A stretch of DNA of 64,000 bases from assembly GCA_964016885.1 (NCBI GenBank), contig OZ024764.1, positions 20,832,001 through 20,896,000 on the forward strand, written 5' to 3'. Shown here piece by piece: positions 1 through 11,912 of this stretch (within the stretch, counting starts at the first letter, position 1; each line of letters opens with the position of its first letter). This DNA is from Eledone cirrhosa. Its lineage: Eukaryota. A program made the position numbers and the translations under genes. The notes beneath the pieces are model-generated. The model did no database searches and was not told the origin of the DNA. It worked only from the letters and a program-made list of their open reading frames with translations.

Positions 1-266
1 AAGATACGGGGTTTTCTGGGTACCTTCATAAATATAGGGAGAGAAAGAGATAGTGGTTGTGAGAGTGAGGAGACAGATGGAAGAGAGAGAGAGAGAGCTG
101 CTGGTGTTGTTTAATAAAATGTCTGCGTATATATATATACATATGTGTCTATATATATATATATATGTCTGTATATTTTAACTATTTGAACATTATTTTT
201 AAGTGAACATGATTTTAAAATAATAGTTTTAAGGGAACGTGACCCAACAGGTCGCGAGTGGTCTAG
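1..266 (+). mobile_element. Non-autonomous Helitron, 3' part (5' end lies outside the window)
   Basis: Hairpin cgtgacc-caaca-ggtcgcg followed by CTAG|T. Paralog of 17088-17450. Confidence 0.65.
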
Positions 267-669
267 TTTGTTACTAAATACTAGATATTAGAGGGTCATG
301 TTGTTCTAGATGTGCTGGAAGAGCCATTCCATCTTGTGAGGCTCACACCAGCAGCTAGCCACCTCAGCACCTATGGTGGTATATTTATTATATTATTTAT
401 TCTTTACCATTAACATTAATATAAAAGATAATTATATATTTTTAGAGAAGAACCTCTAATTTCATATAGCTTAGGGCTTCAGTAGGTAAAAGTCTGGCCC
501 TGCTTGTCCTGTATTTTTTAGGGGAGAAGTTAGGGAATACTGTTATTGTGTGAAAGTTTTCTAAATCTTCAGCCACTAACATGGAGAAGATATTTCAGTA
601 AGAAGGTTCACATCCTGACATCTATAGCTGTTAACAATGAGATTGGAATTCATTATTAAACAAATGTTA

Positions 670-1460
670 TATCATCATCACTGTTTAACATCAGTTTTTT
701 CACACTGGCATGGGTTAGACGAGTTATCCTGTTGTAAGCAAGGCCAGGTCAGGTGATCACGTGTTGCTTCTACAGATCAAATTTTGGATTGGTTTCTACA
801 GCTGGATGCATCAACCTTATTTACATTAAGTACTGGGTGCATTTTACCATTTCACCATCACGACCACTTTACAGTGTGGGCTGGGTGCTTTTTGTTATGA
901 CAGCTACATGACCACTTTAAAGTGTGCGTTGGGTGCTTTTTGTTGTGACACCTACATGACCACTTTACAGTTTGGACTGGGTACTTTTTGTTGTGACACC
1001 TACATGACCACTTTACAGTGTGGGCTGGGTGCTTTTTGCCGTGACACCTACGCAACCGCTTTACAGTGTGGGCTGGGTGCTTTTTGCCGTGACACCTACG
1101 CAACCGCTTTACAGTGTGGGCTGGTTTCTTTTTGTCATATCACCTACATAACCGCCTTATAGTGTTGGCTGTGTGTTCTTTGCAGTGTGGGTTGGGGGCT
1201 TTTTGTCATATCACCTACATGACCACCTTATAATGTTGACTGTGTGTTCTTTGCAGTGTGGGCTGGTTTCTTTTTGTCATATCACCTACATGACCACCTT
1301 ATAGTGTTGGCTGTGTGTTCTTTGCGGTGTGGGCTGGTTTCTTTTTGTCTTATCACCTACATGACCACCTTATAATGTTGACTGTGTGTTCTTTGCAGTG
1401 TGGGCTGGTTTCTTTTTGTCATATCACCTACCCAACCACTTTGCAGTGTGGGCAGTGAAA
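670..1460 (-). repeat. RTE LINE 3' UTR remnant with amplified 48-bp and 71-bp composite minisatellite
   Basis: The reverse complement matches the RTE 3' UTRs at 38160-38400 and 38500-38760, including the (GAT)n tail. Unit atgaccactttacagtgtggactgggtgctttttgttgtgacacctac. Confidence 0.8.
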
Positions 1461-1479
1461 TATCAGTAATGCACCAGCT

Positions 1480-1990
1480 CCAATATTCAGTAATCAGAAG
1501 AAGGGAGGTAGGCATAAAAGCCAAACTTGCTGTCTTCAATTAGATTTTTGTGCCAACCCTTACCTATGGTCACATATCTTGGGTAATGACCAAAATAATA
1601 TGATTGGGAATACAAATGGCAGATATGGGATTCCTCTGAAGGGTCTTTGAAGGAACTTTTCTCAATAAAGTGCATAGCTCTGAGATCAGAGAGTCACTCC
1701 AGGTGGAGCTGTTACTTCTCCTAATTGAGAGATCACAGCTGCAATACTATGGCCATGTGGTTAGAATGTCTGAGGAAAGAATCACTGGATAGATTTTACA
1801 GGCAAAACTAACCGGCAGGAGACCCAGGGGTAGACCTGAGCAAGATGGTCACATAACATCCATGAGCTTGGCTGGTCTCTCTGGGAGATCCAGCCAGATC
1901 AGTTGGAGTGGGTTGCTTCTGACAGGACCTGTTGAAGGGAGTGTTTGAGGACTCTGCACCCAAGACCCTTTATTGAATAAGTGGGTTAAT
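1480..1990 (+). mobile_element. Decayed RTE-clade LINE 3' fragment (Rex3/Expander-like); copy ~39960-40470, start only at 55600-55679
   Basis: Translates as FVPTLTYGH.SW, IERSQLQYYGHVVRM, GRRPRGRP, with stops. Confidence 0.7.
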
Positions 1991-2288
1991 AAGAAGAGGT
2001 TGAGGTTACATGATCAACATCAGATTTCCCTGCTAGCAAGGATTTAATGAGTCTACTTCAACCAAGTAAGTACTGAAGTGAGGCTACTGATCTCCCAGAC
2101 AGACCAAGGATCTGAGACTTATTTACATAAGGTCTCATTAGCTACTGAGTGCACAGAAAAGGTTGTCATGTCTTTGTCATGATTGAAGGGTTCTCCGACA
2201 CTATTGTCGGGCAAGCTTTCTATAGCTAGATGTCCTTCACATGACCAACCACATTACAGCCTGTGTTGGGTGTGTTTATCATGTAGGT

Positions 2289-4584
2289 GAGGCATAACAA
2301 ACTGAGGGTTCCCCAAGGGCCACATAGGTCACGTGTTGTCTGAGGGTTGCACACTACAACTAATTATGTACACGACAACTAATTAAAGTTATTTAATAAA
2401 ATATATTGCAGAAAGATTTGTTACTTAAATTTAGAAACATACAATGTACATACAAATGTTTTAGCAGCATTCATGAATACAAAGTAATGAAGTAGTTTGA
2501 CAAAAAACTAAAATTTCACATGTCAACATATACTTGTAGATTGTAACAGCAACAAATACATTGTACACAAATAACAACAGTTGAAAACTGAACATTTATT
2601 TGCTACTATTCAACCATTTTTAGTGTTTTGTCCTGAGGCTTGACACTTCTTTCTGTTGACAATTTTTGGTATGTCTGGCTGAAATGTTTGTACAGTTCCA
2701 ACTTTGATCAGATGACAAGTGTTGATCAGTCAGCCTTGTTCTCTGAGAAGTTTTTGTTAATTTCATGAAGGAAAATAACTGTCCACTCACATCGGTAGAA
2801 CTAAACATTGCCATAATCTTTGTGACAAACTTTCTGATGTTAATAAACTTTTCAGGAAGGTATGAAAAGAAACCAGGTATCCCCACTACAAGATACTTTG
2901 TTCTGAGTGTAGAATCTGACTGCATTTCCAATAGTTCCATCTGCAGGCATTCTTCTGCCTTCATCAAAGGTGAATGGTGCTGAGAATAATGTAAACTGAT
3001 GTTCAAAAAATGAGAAATCACAAAATCTTTCTTGAAATTTCTTTAACAACAATTCCAGGTGACTGTCATACTTAACTTAGCTAAATACAGACTCAGTATT
3101 GGCAGTGTTTTTCAGTTCTTTGCACATAGGAAAATGAACTAAATTTTCATCTGACGACGGAGATTTCCATAAGCTTAGTTTTAACCTTGTAATTTCAAAT
3201 TAAGATCAGTTAATTGTGCAGTAATATCCACAACAAAAGCCAGATGTTGGAGCCAACTTTCATCTTTTATTTCATCTGTGTTTTAACCTTTTCTCTCCAT
3301 AAACATAATTATTTCTTGTCTCAACAAATAGAATCTTTTCAGCACTTTGTGACATGTCAACCAGCAGACTTCTGTGTAGAATGGAACATCAGTGAACTGA
3401 TTATCCATATCTTCCAACAACTGGCTGAACTGACGGTGGTTGAGAGCACGGCCTCTGATTTAGTTCACTGTCTTTGTGACCAAGCTAAGCACATGATGCA
3501 ATTTTAAAATCTTTGAACATAAATTTTGTTGATGAATAATAGTGAAAATGTGCAAATGATGAATCTAGATATGAGTTTTCTATTTTTGTTTGTAACTTGG
3601 CAGCAACACCTTTATGTCTACCAACCATATTTGCAGCACTGTCAGTAGATAAACATGCAAGTTTACTCAGATCAAAACCATGCAGACCCTGCTTGACCTT
3701 CTCAAAGATGTCCTGGCTTGTTATAGTGTCATGCATGGGGACCAGTTCAATCAGTTCTTCATAAATATTTAATTCACAGTCACAGGCCCTGGTGAAGAAT
3801 GCAAGCTGTACTATTCCAGTGATGTCAACAGTCTCTTCAATAGCAATAGAAACATGTTCAAACCTTGATGATACAGCCTTTAACTGTTGTTTCAGATCAC
3901 CTGACATTTCATTAATCTGTTCAGCAACAGTGTTCCTGGTTAATGAAATGTCTTTGAATAACTCTGCTTTCTCTGGACAATTTCAGCTGTTTTTACAAGA
4001 CATTGCTTTACAAAATCTCCTTCACTATAAGATTTCCCACTCATGGCAATCATTCGACTGAGTTCATAGCTTGCAGTAACGGAAGTGACATTCTCTTCCT
4101 GAATTAACATAAAACAGGTCTGTTGCTGTGTCAAGTTAGACTTTAATTCCTTGAGTCTTGAAACACACATTGAGCCTTCATATTTATCGTAAGATTGATG
4201 GTTTGTTTCATAATGTCTTTTTAAATTGTACTCTTTTGGCGTGGCGATGTAGTTGTTGCAAATTAAACAGTGTATCTTTCTGTTTGCTGTTGGGCAAAAA
4301 TACGGTAATTCCCACTTTTCTTGAAACACTTGCCCTTCTTCGTTCAATTTCCTTTTTCTCTTAGCTGGAGGAGCACTAACCATTTCAAAAACAAAAACTT
4401 TTGAAATTTTGAAAGAAAGTTTTCTGTTAATGAGCTGCACGTGATTAATGGAAGTTAAAAGTAGTTGACAAAAATTGCACAAAAAAACCAATTGTATCGA
4501 AAAATGTTCAAATTTTATATTACGAAAATGAAACATGCTCGCACTGTAAAAACCTTAGTGTGGGCCGCAGGTTTGACATGTCTG
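2289..4584 (-). mobile_element. hAT DNA transposon (Buster/SPIN/GTF2IRD2-like), decayed
   Basis: 8-bp TSD ATGTAGGT with central TA at 2281-2288 and 4585-4592. Imperfect TIR (gaggcataacaaac / gtttgacatgtctg). Transposase fragments: FQEKWE..YF..CLIC..KEYNLKRHYETNH, STDSAANM, FSFMKLTKT..RTRLTD. Confidence 0.9.
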
Positions 4585-4849
4585 ATGTAGGTTACCAACA
4601 CGAGGGAGGGCAGCATGTCCTTCAATGTCTTCTGCTACATTAACTACCAGGAGGTCACCACATGAGACAAAGACTACATTTCAAAGAAGGGTCACAAAAG
4701 AACTAAATACAAAAGTACCCACAATTCAGCAAAAAGCAAATAATTGAGCTTTGGGTCTGGGTCAAGGGGGCAGAAGTGCTGTGCCCTGTGGATAAGACTA
4801 CAAAAGTATCCCCCCCCCCCTGGTCGATGGACAGTTACACCCACTGCAA

Positions 4850-5150
4850 CAGCCACCCCAACCTCATGGGACACTCTCTGCAAAAGGGCCACCGACGTTC
4901 TGATCTTACAGAGGAGCTTGGCAGTATGGGGTCCAAGTACTTCTGAGGTCTTGATGGTGACCGGTGTGAAGAGACCTACAATTGATGTCATCCCAGTTAT
5001 GTTGGACTGTAATATACTGGGGTATAGAGAGGCCTTAACCTGTCACAGCCGGGCCTCCCAGGGTTGTGTCATCTAGGTACCAGACAGGGGTGACTAGACC
5101 ATGTTGTCAACTGTCACCACCAATAGGAGTGAGGCGAGTGGGTCCCTTGC
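4850..5150 (-). mobile_element. Old RLE-type (CRE-like) retrotransposon C-terminal fragment; copy ~42940-43245
   Basis: FTPVTIKTSEVLGPHTAKLL resembles FQPVAFETFGGVGPLTARFL of the CRE element. Confidence 0.45.
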
Positions 5151-5714
5151 TAGACACCATATATAAAAACGTATTTGCTAATTACTTTAGTGAATAATTT
5201 GTTTCATACGTAATTATTACTTTTAACACAATAGGATTTTGTACACGTGTTTGTTTGAAAACATCTTTCAAAGAAGTATGAGACAGTCTTTTGCAGTCTT
5301 CTGGAGTTGCGACCGATAGATAGTATTAGCTATTGGAAAGACCAATGGAAACATTGTTTCCTCGGTCCGATTTGACTAAAAGTTGAACATAAAAAAAATA
5401 TATATTTTTATATATATAGAGAGAGAGAGAGAAACACACAAACGTACACTACTGTAAAACATATGTAAGGGTAGACAACTCTCGTTACACCCCGCCCCCC
5501 ATTCTTTTTGATATACGTCCTTTAAGTACGTTGTTCAATGGTACCTGCTTTATTTTGTGTCCTAAGTAGATTTCTGTTTAAGTATTTACGAGATTCACAA
5601 TGATTCACGTAACCAAGTTACTTACATAGAGATATATTTCACATAGAATCACAACAAATGAAATTCTTAAGTCAACACTCTGTCAATCAGTCTCACATCA
5701 CATGGGGTGCTGGA

Positions 5715-5890
5715 GTCTCCCTCTAATACTTTCTGAGGCAGTCTTACCTCGAGTGATAGCATGGCTAAGATGTTGGAACTACCAAACACCCTCATATGTA
5801 TCATCTGACACCTCGGTAAGGAGAGCTGCCAACGATAACAAGAACCTCGTTGTCAGGGACCTATCTCCTCCAACACCACAGACTAGAATA
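5715..5890 (-). mobile_element. CRE-family 3' end fragment; copy ~22080-22250
   Basis: Minus strand reads ..LTTRFLLSLAALLTEVSDDTYEGVW*FQHLSHAITRGKTAS, aligning with the CRE C-terminus at 27090-27245. Confidence 0.7.
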
Positions 5891-6089
5891 TTCTACCCTT
5901 TATTCCCTATCAAATATATTTCAGTCTAGTCATTTGTCTTGTAACTTGTATATGTATTTTCAAAACTAACTGTCACATTTGTGAGACCCCAGGTAGTGAT
6001 GTTTTCGTCTCCCTCCCACATCCTACATGCTGTAGTAAAAGTGAGGGTCACTGCTTCTGTAGAAGAACGAAATAAAAGTTAAACTACCA

Positions 6090-6298
6090 GTAATTATCGG
6101 CAAAGTATTTATTCCAGTCTGTGATGTTTGAGAAGCTGGGCTGCTGACAACGAAGTTGTGGTCACTGTTGGCAGCTGGCTTTACCGAAGTACCCGATGAC
6201 TCTTGTGAGGGTACTTAGCTGTTCTGGTGGTTTAGCCTCCACATGACCCGATCTTACCGAAGTACCCGGTGATCTCTGTAAGAGTACTTAGCTGTTCT
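6090..6298 (+). mobile_element. CRE-family 3' end fragment with an internal duplication; copies ~22465-22652, ~44020-44230
   Basis: LFQSVMFEKLG..LAAG/FTEVPDDSCEGT resembles FQPVAFETFG..LAARLIEVTG. The block ttaccgaagtacc...gtacttagctgttc occurs twice. Confidence 0.6.
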
Positions 6299-6377
6299 AT
6301 TTTAATTACATTTACTGTTTTCACCTTTATTTTTTTTTATTACAAACTTTACATAATTTAATTCGGCAAAAATATTT

Positions 6378-6522
6378 TTACGTCACAAAAAAATTTGACC
6401 TTTGACATTGAAGCATGCGCAGTGGTGCAGTTGTCGACTTCCTGTCCACGTGTTAGTCTTCCTACAACATCATTTAGAAAACATTTCTGTAAATACTAAA
6501 CACCTGAGACTATAATGTAAGT
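6378..6522 (+). promoter_or_regulatory. Putative promoter and non-coding first exon of ZNF-1
   Basis: Dense motif cluster: TTACGTCA (6378), TGACCTTTGACA (6396), GCATGCGCA (6413), ACTTCCTG (6437), CACGTG (6447), then splice donor AT|GTAAGT at 6517. Confidence 0.6.
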
Positions 6523-7659
6523 ATTATGTCTATTAATATTGTAGATTTAAGCTCACTTTTCACATCACAAATATATATTTTCTTGTTTGTTTCATTACTG
6601 GAAATATAAAATGTTATCGTAATTATCTATATTTTACCTACCTCTAATTAATTAAAGTGAAAACTTTTGTGGTTGCTGAAAAATAAATTAACAAAACTAA
6701 ATATTTAAATATTCTAAAGGTCGTTTTTATATTATGTGATGATATAATTAATATATTTTATTACAATTGTATAAATTTACAGTAGAATAATGTTGTAAAT
6801 ATATTTTAAATATATACATAAATAACATAAGTGTGTAAATAACATTATAAATTGCTGGCAATTCCTTGAGAAAGACATTACAAATATATTGTCTAAACTG
6901 TGTATAATAATATAATTTATTGAACAATAATGATAAAGGAAAGAAAAACACAGTGGGAGATGGCAATTGACCACCAAACGAGGTAAACATTTTCAACTTT
7001 CCCCTTTTTTTGCTTTGTCCGAGACAACTCAAAATATTCTTCAAGGAACTGAATTTTCCATTCGGTTGGATCGAACGGATTTTACCATTTATAATCTACG
7101 GAGAGGAATAACAGATGTTCGGAGGTAAAAAGAATTGTTTGTGGCAACAACGTAGGGAACCAACCTGGAGCAATTGTATCACACAATTATACTTTCCTCC
7201 TTAACATACACTTACAATTTTTCAAAATCAAACCCCCCAAATATAAAATATAAATAATTATAAATAGCGAGGAACCATCCCATCTCCCTCTTGAAATAGC
7301 CTGAATCTATTTATAGTCAGGTGTGACTGAAAGGTCAATCCATACTTCCATTCTATTTCACAGAATTAGAAGCTTTGACCACTTGATAGAATTCAGGTCC
7401 AGTAATGTAATCACTCCGTAATTGTAAACATCTTGTATCACTATCATTCAGGTTTTGATTTTACTCAAGTCTTGCCCATGTTTTTTTTCTTTTTTCTTTT
7501 TTACACAAACTCACAATTTCGGTTTTTACTGCGGATTTACCCATGCGAACTATTACACAAACTCACAGCCTTAGATTTTGTATTTCTAGCGTTTTTATTT
7601 TCCTTCTCTTTGCATGTTCAGTGCTCTTTCTCTCCGACTGTATTTATCTGCCTCTCACA

Positions 7660-9160
7660 TGAACACACTCCTCTACACGCACTCATCATCTTCTCACTCC
7701 TTCTACACCTTCCATCCCTCCCCTTGCTCAACCCTTACTTCCTCCTCGCGCACAGCCCACCTAGGTGGGGGTGGCATGCGTCGAACGACCAAGAGACCTG
7801 CTTGGTGGAACGACTAATGTGACAACCGGTCAGCCTTCGACCTCTCATTCTCCACCAACTGCAGCACGCACGAGAAGAGCTAACTTGACCCCACCTACCC
7901 CTCCTCTCCTTCACGGCAGATTCCGAACGAATCCAACCCGGCCAACCACACCACCCCTACAACTGTTAGCTCACTACCCAACCCCCGCTTTAGTCCCACC
8001 GTTAGAACCAGTGCTGTCTCCTTTACTGACTCACTCCCTTCACCGAATTCCAACGCTGGCCCTCTACTGCCGGCTGTTGCCAGCCCGCCACCTGATTGCG
8101 CCCTCTGTGCCCGCACTAACCAGTACTTAAAGACAATTAAATGTCACCTATGCCACGCAAGCTACCACAGAAGCTGTGTCGGCATCACCAAAGCTCAAAC
8201 CGAAAGGCTCCAACACTGGACCTGTCATCGGTGCCACTTCAGCTCTGACTATTCCGTGGGGATGACCAACACTCTACCGACGACTTTGCCACAGCCCCCC
8301 AGGGCTTCTCCAAATCAAAGCTCCTTAGGAGCCCCGATCACAGACCTCGCCTTCGAGTCAACCATCCAATCGAAGATGGTTGGCCTTGAGCAGCTGCTGA
8401 GGAATATTGAAGATATTGAACCCCATCAAGGTTTCTTCTTACTCAGGAACTACCTGTCTATTCCTAAGCTTCTGTATCTGCTCAGGGTCAGCCCCTCTCA
8501 CAGATTTCCATCCTGCCTCCAACGCTTCGACGACCTAATCTTCGAGAGACTCGAGTGTCTGGTCAATGTTAGTAAGTGTTCGTCCCTCTCTCTCCCCTGC
8601 TTCCTTTCCTCCACCCAAGCTTGCAGCATCCTCTCCTCTCCAACATGGACTAGTTCCAACAGGGAGTTGTGTGAAGCTCTCCAGCAATGGAGTGAGTTGG
8701 GCTTGTCTCTTCCTGAGAAGGTGGAGGACAGTCGAAGTCAGAGAACTTGGGACAGGATACGTTGGTATGCCACCTTCGACTCCCTCTTCGTCCTCTCAGA
8801 TCAGTCTGCAAGGTGCCGCTTACCATCTGCCAGCGCCAAATACTCAGGTGACTGGGTCGATGCCTTACCCGTGGCCAAGCGGAGTAAGAGTAGGACCGGA
8901 GTAAGCAGCCGAGCGGAGTAAGACCCTCAAATACTCTGATCTGTCGGCCAGCTACATTTTTCAGCCTGTGGCTTTCGAGACGTTTGGGGGAGTCGGGCCG
9001 CTGACTGCGAGGTTCCTTTCCTCACTGGCGGCTCGCCTTATAGAGGTAACTGGCGAAATCGCGAGGGCGCTTGGCTGTCCCAGCACCTCAGCCTCGTCAT
9101 CACCCGAGGTAACACTGCCAGTGTGCTGGCTTGCCTCAAAACTCATTAGAGAGGTTTTCC
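7660..9160 (+). mobile_element. Internally deleted CRE-clade retrotransposon in ZNF-1 intron; keeps the PHD finger
   Basis: Colinear with 24000-27260 apart from three deletions. C4HC3 finger encoded at 8097-8234. Confidence 0.85.
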
Positions 9161-9530
9161 AGTACCCCTCGTTGCTGTCTTTTGCTCTGGTGTTGGCTCC
9201 GTTGTCCACCCCTTCCTTTACATTTTCTTTAATATTGCAACATTGAAGGAATTTATCTTTCATTGTATCATCCTTTATAGTGTTACCGAGGCATTTGTAA
9301 TGTTATTTATATATTTAAAACATATTTCTTATGTTATGCTACTGTAAATTTATTTATATGCTCTGTTTATATTTTCATTCTGAAGTAAATTATCCACTTG
9401 TGTTGATAGATGTGATTTTATGACTTTCCTCTAAGCATTGTGTCATTATATATGTTATTATAAACGTGAATAAATTGAATTTATAGTGTGATAATAGGCC
9501 ACACCTCACACCCTAGGGGTTAACTACACA

Positions 9531-9797
9531 CTTTGAGGCAAGCCAACACACTGGCAGCATTAAAACGGGTGATGGTGAGGCTAAGGTGCTTAAATAACCA
9601 GGTACCCTCACGGGTATCACCTGACGCGTCTATAAGGTGAGGCTAAGGTGCTGAGATAACCAGGTACTCTTACGGATATCACCTGACACCTCAGTAAGGT
9701 GAGGCTAAGGTGCTGAGATAACCAGGTACTCTTACGGATATCACCTGACACCTCAGTAAGGTGAGGCTACGGTGCTGAGATAACCAGGTACCCTCAC
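9531..9797 (-). repeat. Inverted CRE 3' end with a 62-bp tandem repeat (~3.6 copies; ~1.6 copies at 27627-27768)
   Basis: Reverse complement of 9531-9640 aligns with 9030-9142. ggtgaggcta(a/c)ggtgct recurs at 9574, 9636, 9698 and 9760. Confidence 0.8.
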
Positions 9798-10159
9798 TGA
9801 AATGACTAGATTTGTAGAAAAAGTAGGGTGAAAGTATACGAAGAGATGTAGTTTCACAGATCTACTCACACCTCACGTTGGGTGAGAATAATTATTTTTC
9901 TTAGAATTCTTGCTATACCCCTTTTCCAGTATTTTTTCTCTGGACACCTTAGATACTTGCGATAGACGTTTTATTCCCCAGTATTAGGGTTAGGGTTTCC
10001 GTTTTCAGGAAGAAAAGTCGATTGCAAACATCTAAGAGGTCGAGAAATAAAATTAAGGAAAGATAATTATTTCCCAGCCAACTGGAGAAGTGTGTAGCTC
10101 TTCTTAACTCTGATAATCCTGTCTCCCACTTCTTTATCTACAAATCTAGTCGTTTCCTG
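9796..10159. mobile_element. Foldback/palindromic MITE-like element; copy 27767-28131
   Basis: Long imperfect inverted arms (aatgactagatttgtaga / tctacaaatctagtcgtt; ccttagatacttgcgatagac / gtcgattgcaaacatctaaga) around a central TTAGGGTTAGGG. Confidence 0.7.
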
Positions 10160-10164
10160 CTACT

Positions 10165-10793
10165 TTGTTCCCTGGGGTATGCCTTAGTATTTGACACCAT
10201 CTATCTGTCTTACTCCCTAACTAGCAAGAAGTCAATCTGTCTCATGTGCTCACCTGATTGGTAGGTTATTAGGTGGTTGGTAGGTTTCTTGAAGTGTTGC
10301 AAATGGTTAGTTCACTTGCATCACAAAATACAAGAAGCCTCACTCCTTCATTTCTTGAGCCATAACCATGACCACCATGTACCCCAGTGTATCCATCCTG
10401 GAGTTGTCCAACATGACCATTGAAGTCCCCTGCTATTATAACTAGGTCTCTGTCATTGTGGTTATCTCTACTTATTCCTTTTCTACATATGGAGCAGAGC
10501 CACTTTCCTGAAGGGGTCAGGGTCTTCTCTCCTATCCATTAGCACTTTAGTTTTGGCTAAGTATATTCTCAGAACATACCATTTCAAATTCTATATCTAT
10601 AGCTGGTCATCTACATAGAGAAGTTTCCATAGACAGCCAGTCTTAAACCTCTCTGTTATGGCTTGGAGAACTATGATGAACAACAGTGGGCTAAGAACTA
10701 AACCATGATGAACGCCTACCTGTACCTTCAATTCCTCACTAATCACACTTTACTGACAGCTTCTCAAAAGCCATTCTTCTACACCTAATTTCC
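10165..10793 (-). mobile_element. Decayed RTE LINE fragments (APE and RT); copy 28137-28768
   Basis: Minus strand encodes AGDFNGHVGQ..DGY.GVHGGHGYG, N.LITYQSGEH..Q.DF, GVHHGLVLSPLLFII, ENILSQN*SAN. Confidence 0.8.
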
Positions 10794-10797
10794 TTAA

Positions 10798-11005
10798 CCC
10801 TTTAGTATATAAACTGGACATATCTGGCCAGAATTGTCTCATATCTTTCTGTTCAAACTGGCTGTAACTAGTCACTTATACTTATGTTAAGGTATTGTTC
10901 TCAAAATAAATAACATGAAAATCTCATAGATTTGATATTATGTGAGATAAAGCATTTACTGTGAAAATATAATAGTAAATATAGAGTAATGTGAATACTA
11001 AAGGG
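10798..11005. mobile_element. piggyBac-type MITE, 208 bp; copies 28773-28980 and 49186-49393
   Basis: TTAA|CCCTTTAGTAT ... ATACTAAAGGG|TTAA: TTAA TSD and CCC/GGG termini. Confidence 0.85.
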
Positions 11006-11007
11006 TT

Positions 11008-11770
11008 AATCTAATGTCACTAATAACTACTTTTATCAGTCAGTATAATCTAATGTCACTAATAACTACTTTTATCTGTCAGTTTAATCTAAAGTCACTA
11101 ATAACTACTTTTATCAGTCAGTTTAATCTAAAGTCACTAACAACTACTTTTATCAGTCAGTTTAATCTAATGTCACTAATAACTACTTTTATCTGTCAGT
11201 TTAATCTAATGTCACTAATAACTACTTTTATCAGTCAGTATAATCTAAAGTCACTAATAACTACTTTTATCTGTCAGTTTAATCTAATGTCACTAATAAC
11301 TACTTTTATCAGTCAGTATAATCTAATCTCACTAATAACTACTTATATCAGTCAGTATAATCTAATCTCACTAATAACTACTTTTATCAGTCAGTATAAT
11401 CTAATCTCACTAATAACTACTTTTATCAGTCAGTATAATCTAATCTCACTAATAACTACTTTTATCAGTCAGTTTAATCTAATCTCACTAATAACTACTT
11501 TATTAGTCAGTTTAATATAATGTCACTAATAACTACTTATATCAGTCAGTATAATCTAATCTCACTAATAACTACTTTTATCAGTCAGTATAATCTAATC
11601 TCACTAATAACTACTTTTATCAGTCAGTTTAATCTAATCTCACTAATAACTACTTTATTAGTCAGTTTAATCTAATGTCACTAATAACTACTTTTATCAG
11701 TCAGTATAATCTACTGCCACTAATAACTACTTTTATCAGTCAGTATAATCTACTACCACTAATAACTAAC
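11008..11770. repeat. 39-bp minisatellite, ~19 copies
   Basis: Unit aatctaatgtcactaataactacttttatcagtcagt(a/t)t. Confidence 0.95.
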
Positions 11771-11890
11771 CTATGTTAGTCAGCACATTCTTCACCAAGG
11801 AAGGCCTTAGTATTTATTACAGTCCATTTATCAATATAGAAATATTATATGAAATTTGTACTGATGTATTACAAGTTTCTGAGTATCTTA

Positions 11891-11912
11891 TAATGTTCTT
11901 TTATTATTTCAG
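11891..11912 (+). promoter_or_regulatory. Putative 3' splice site of the ZNF terminal exon (paralogs end at 29928 and ~50263)
   Basis: taatgttcttttattatttcAG|aatacc, ~810 nt upstream of the ATG, present in all three units. Confidence 0.55.

Noticed and set aside
2620-4536. Domesticated GTF2IRD2/ZBED-type host gene
   Set aside because: Fragmented by stops, frameshifts and deletions, and bounded by TIRs and an 8-bp TSD, so it is a dead transposon.
6748-7420. AT-rich ORFs (MKNILSCLGQSKK...) duplicated at 23104-23467
   Set aside because: Low-complexity translation with no recognisable motifs. Possibly an unidentified TE remnant, but not supportable from sequence alone.
9984-9996. Telomeric TTAGGG repeat
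   Set aside because: Only two units, forming the centre of a foldback element.
11008-11770. CRISPR-like array
   Set aside because: Head-to-tail repeats with no unique spacers, no cas genes, eukaryotic context.
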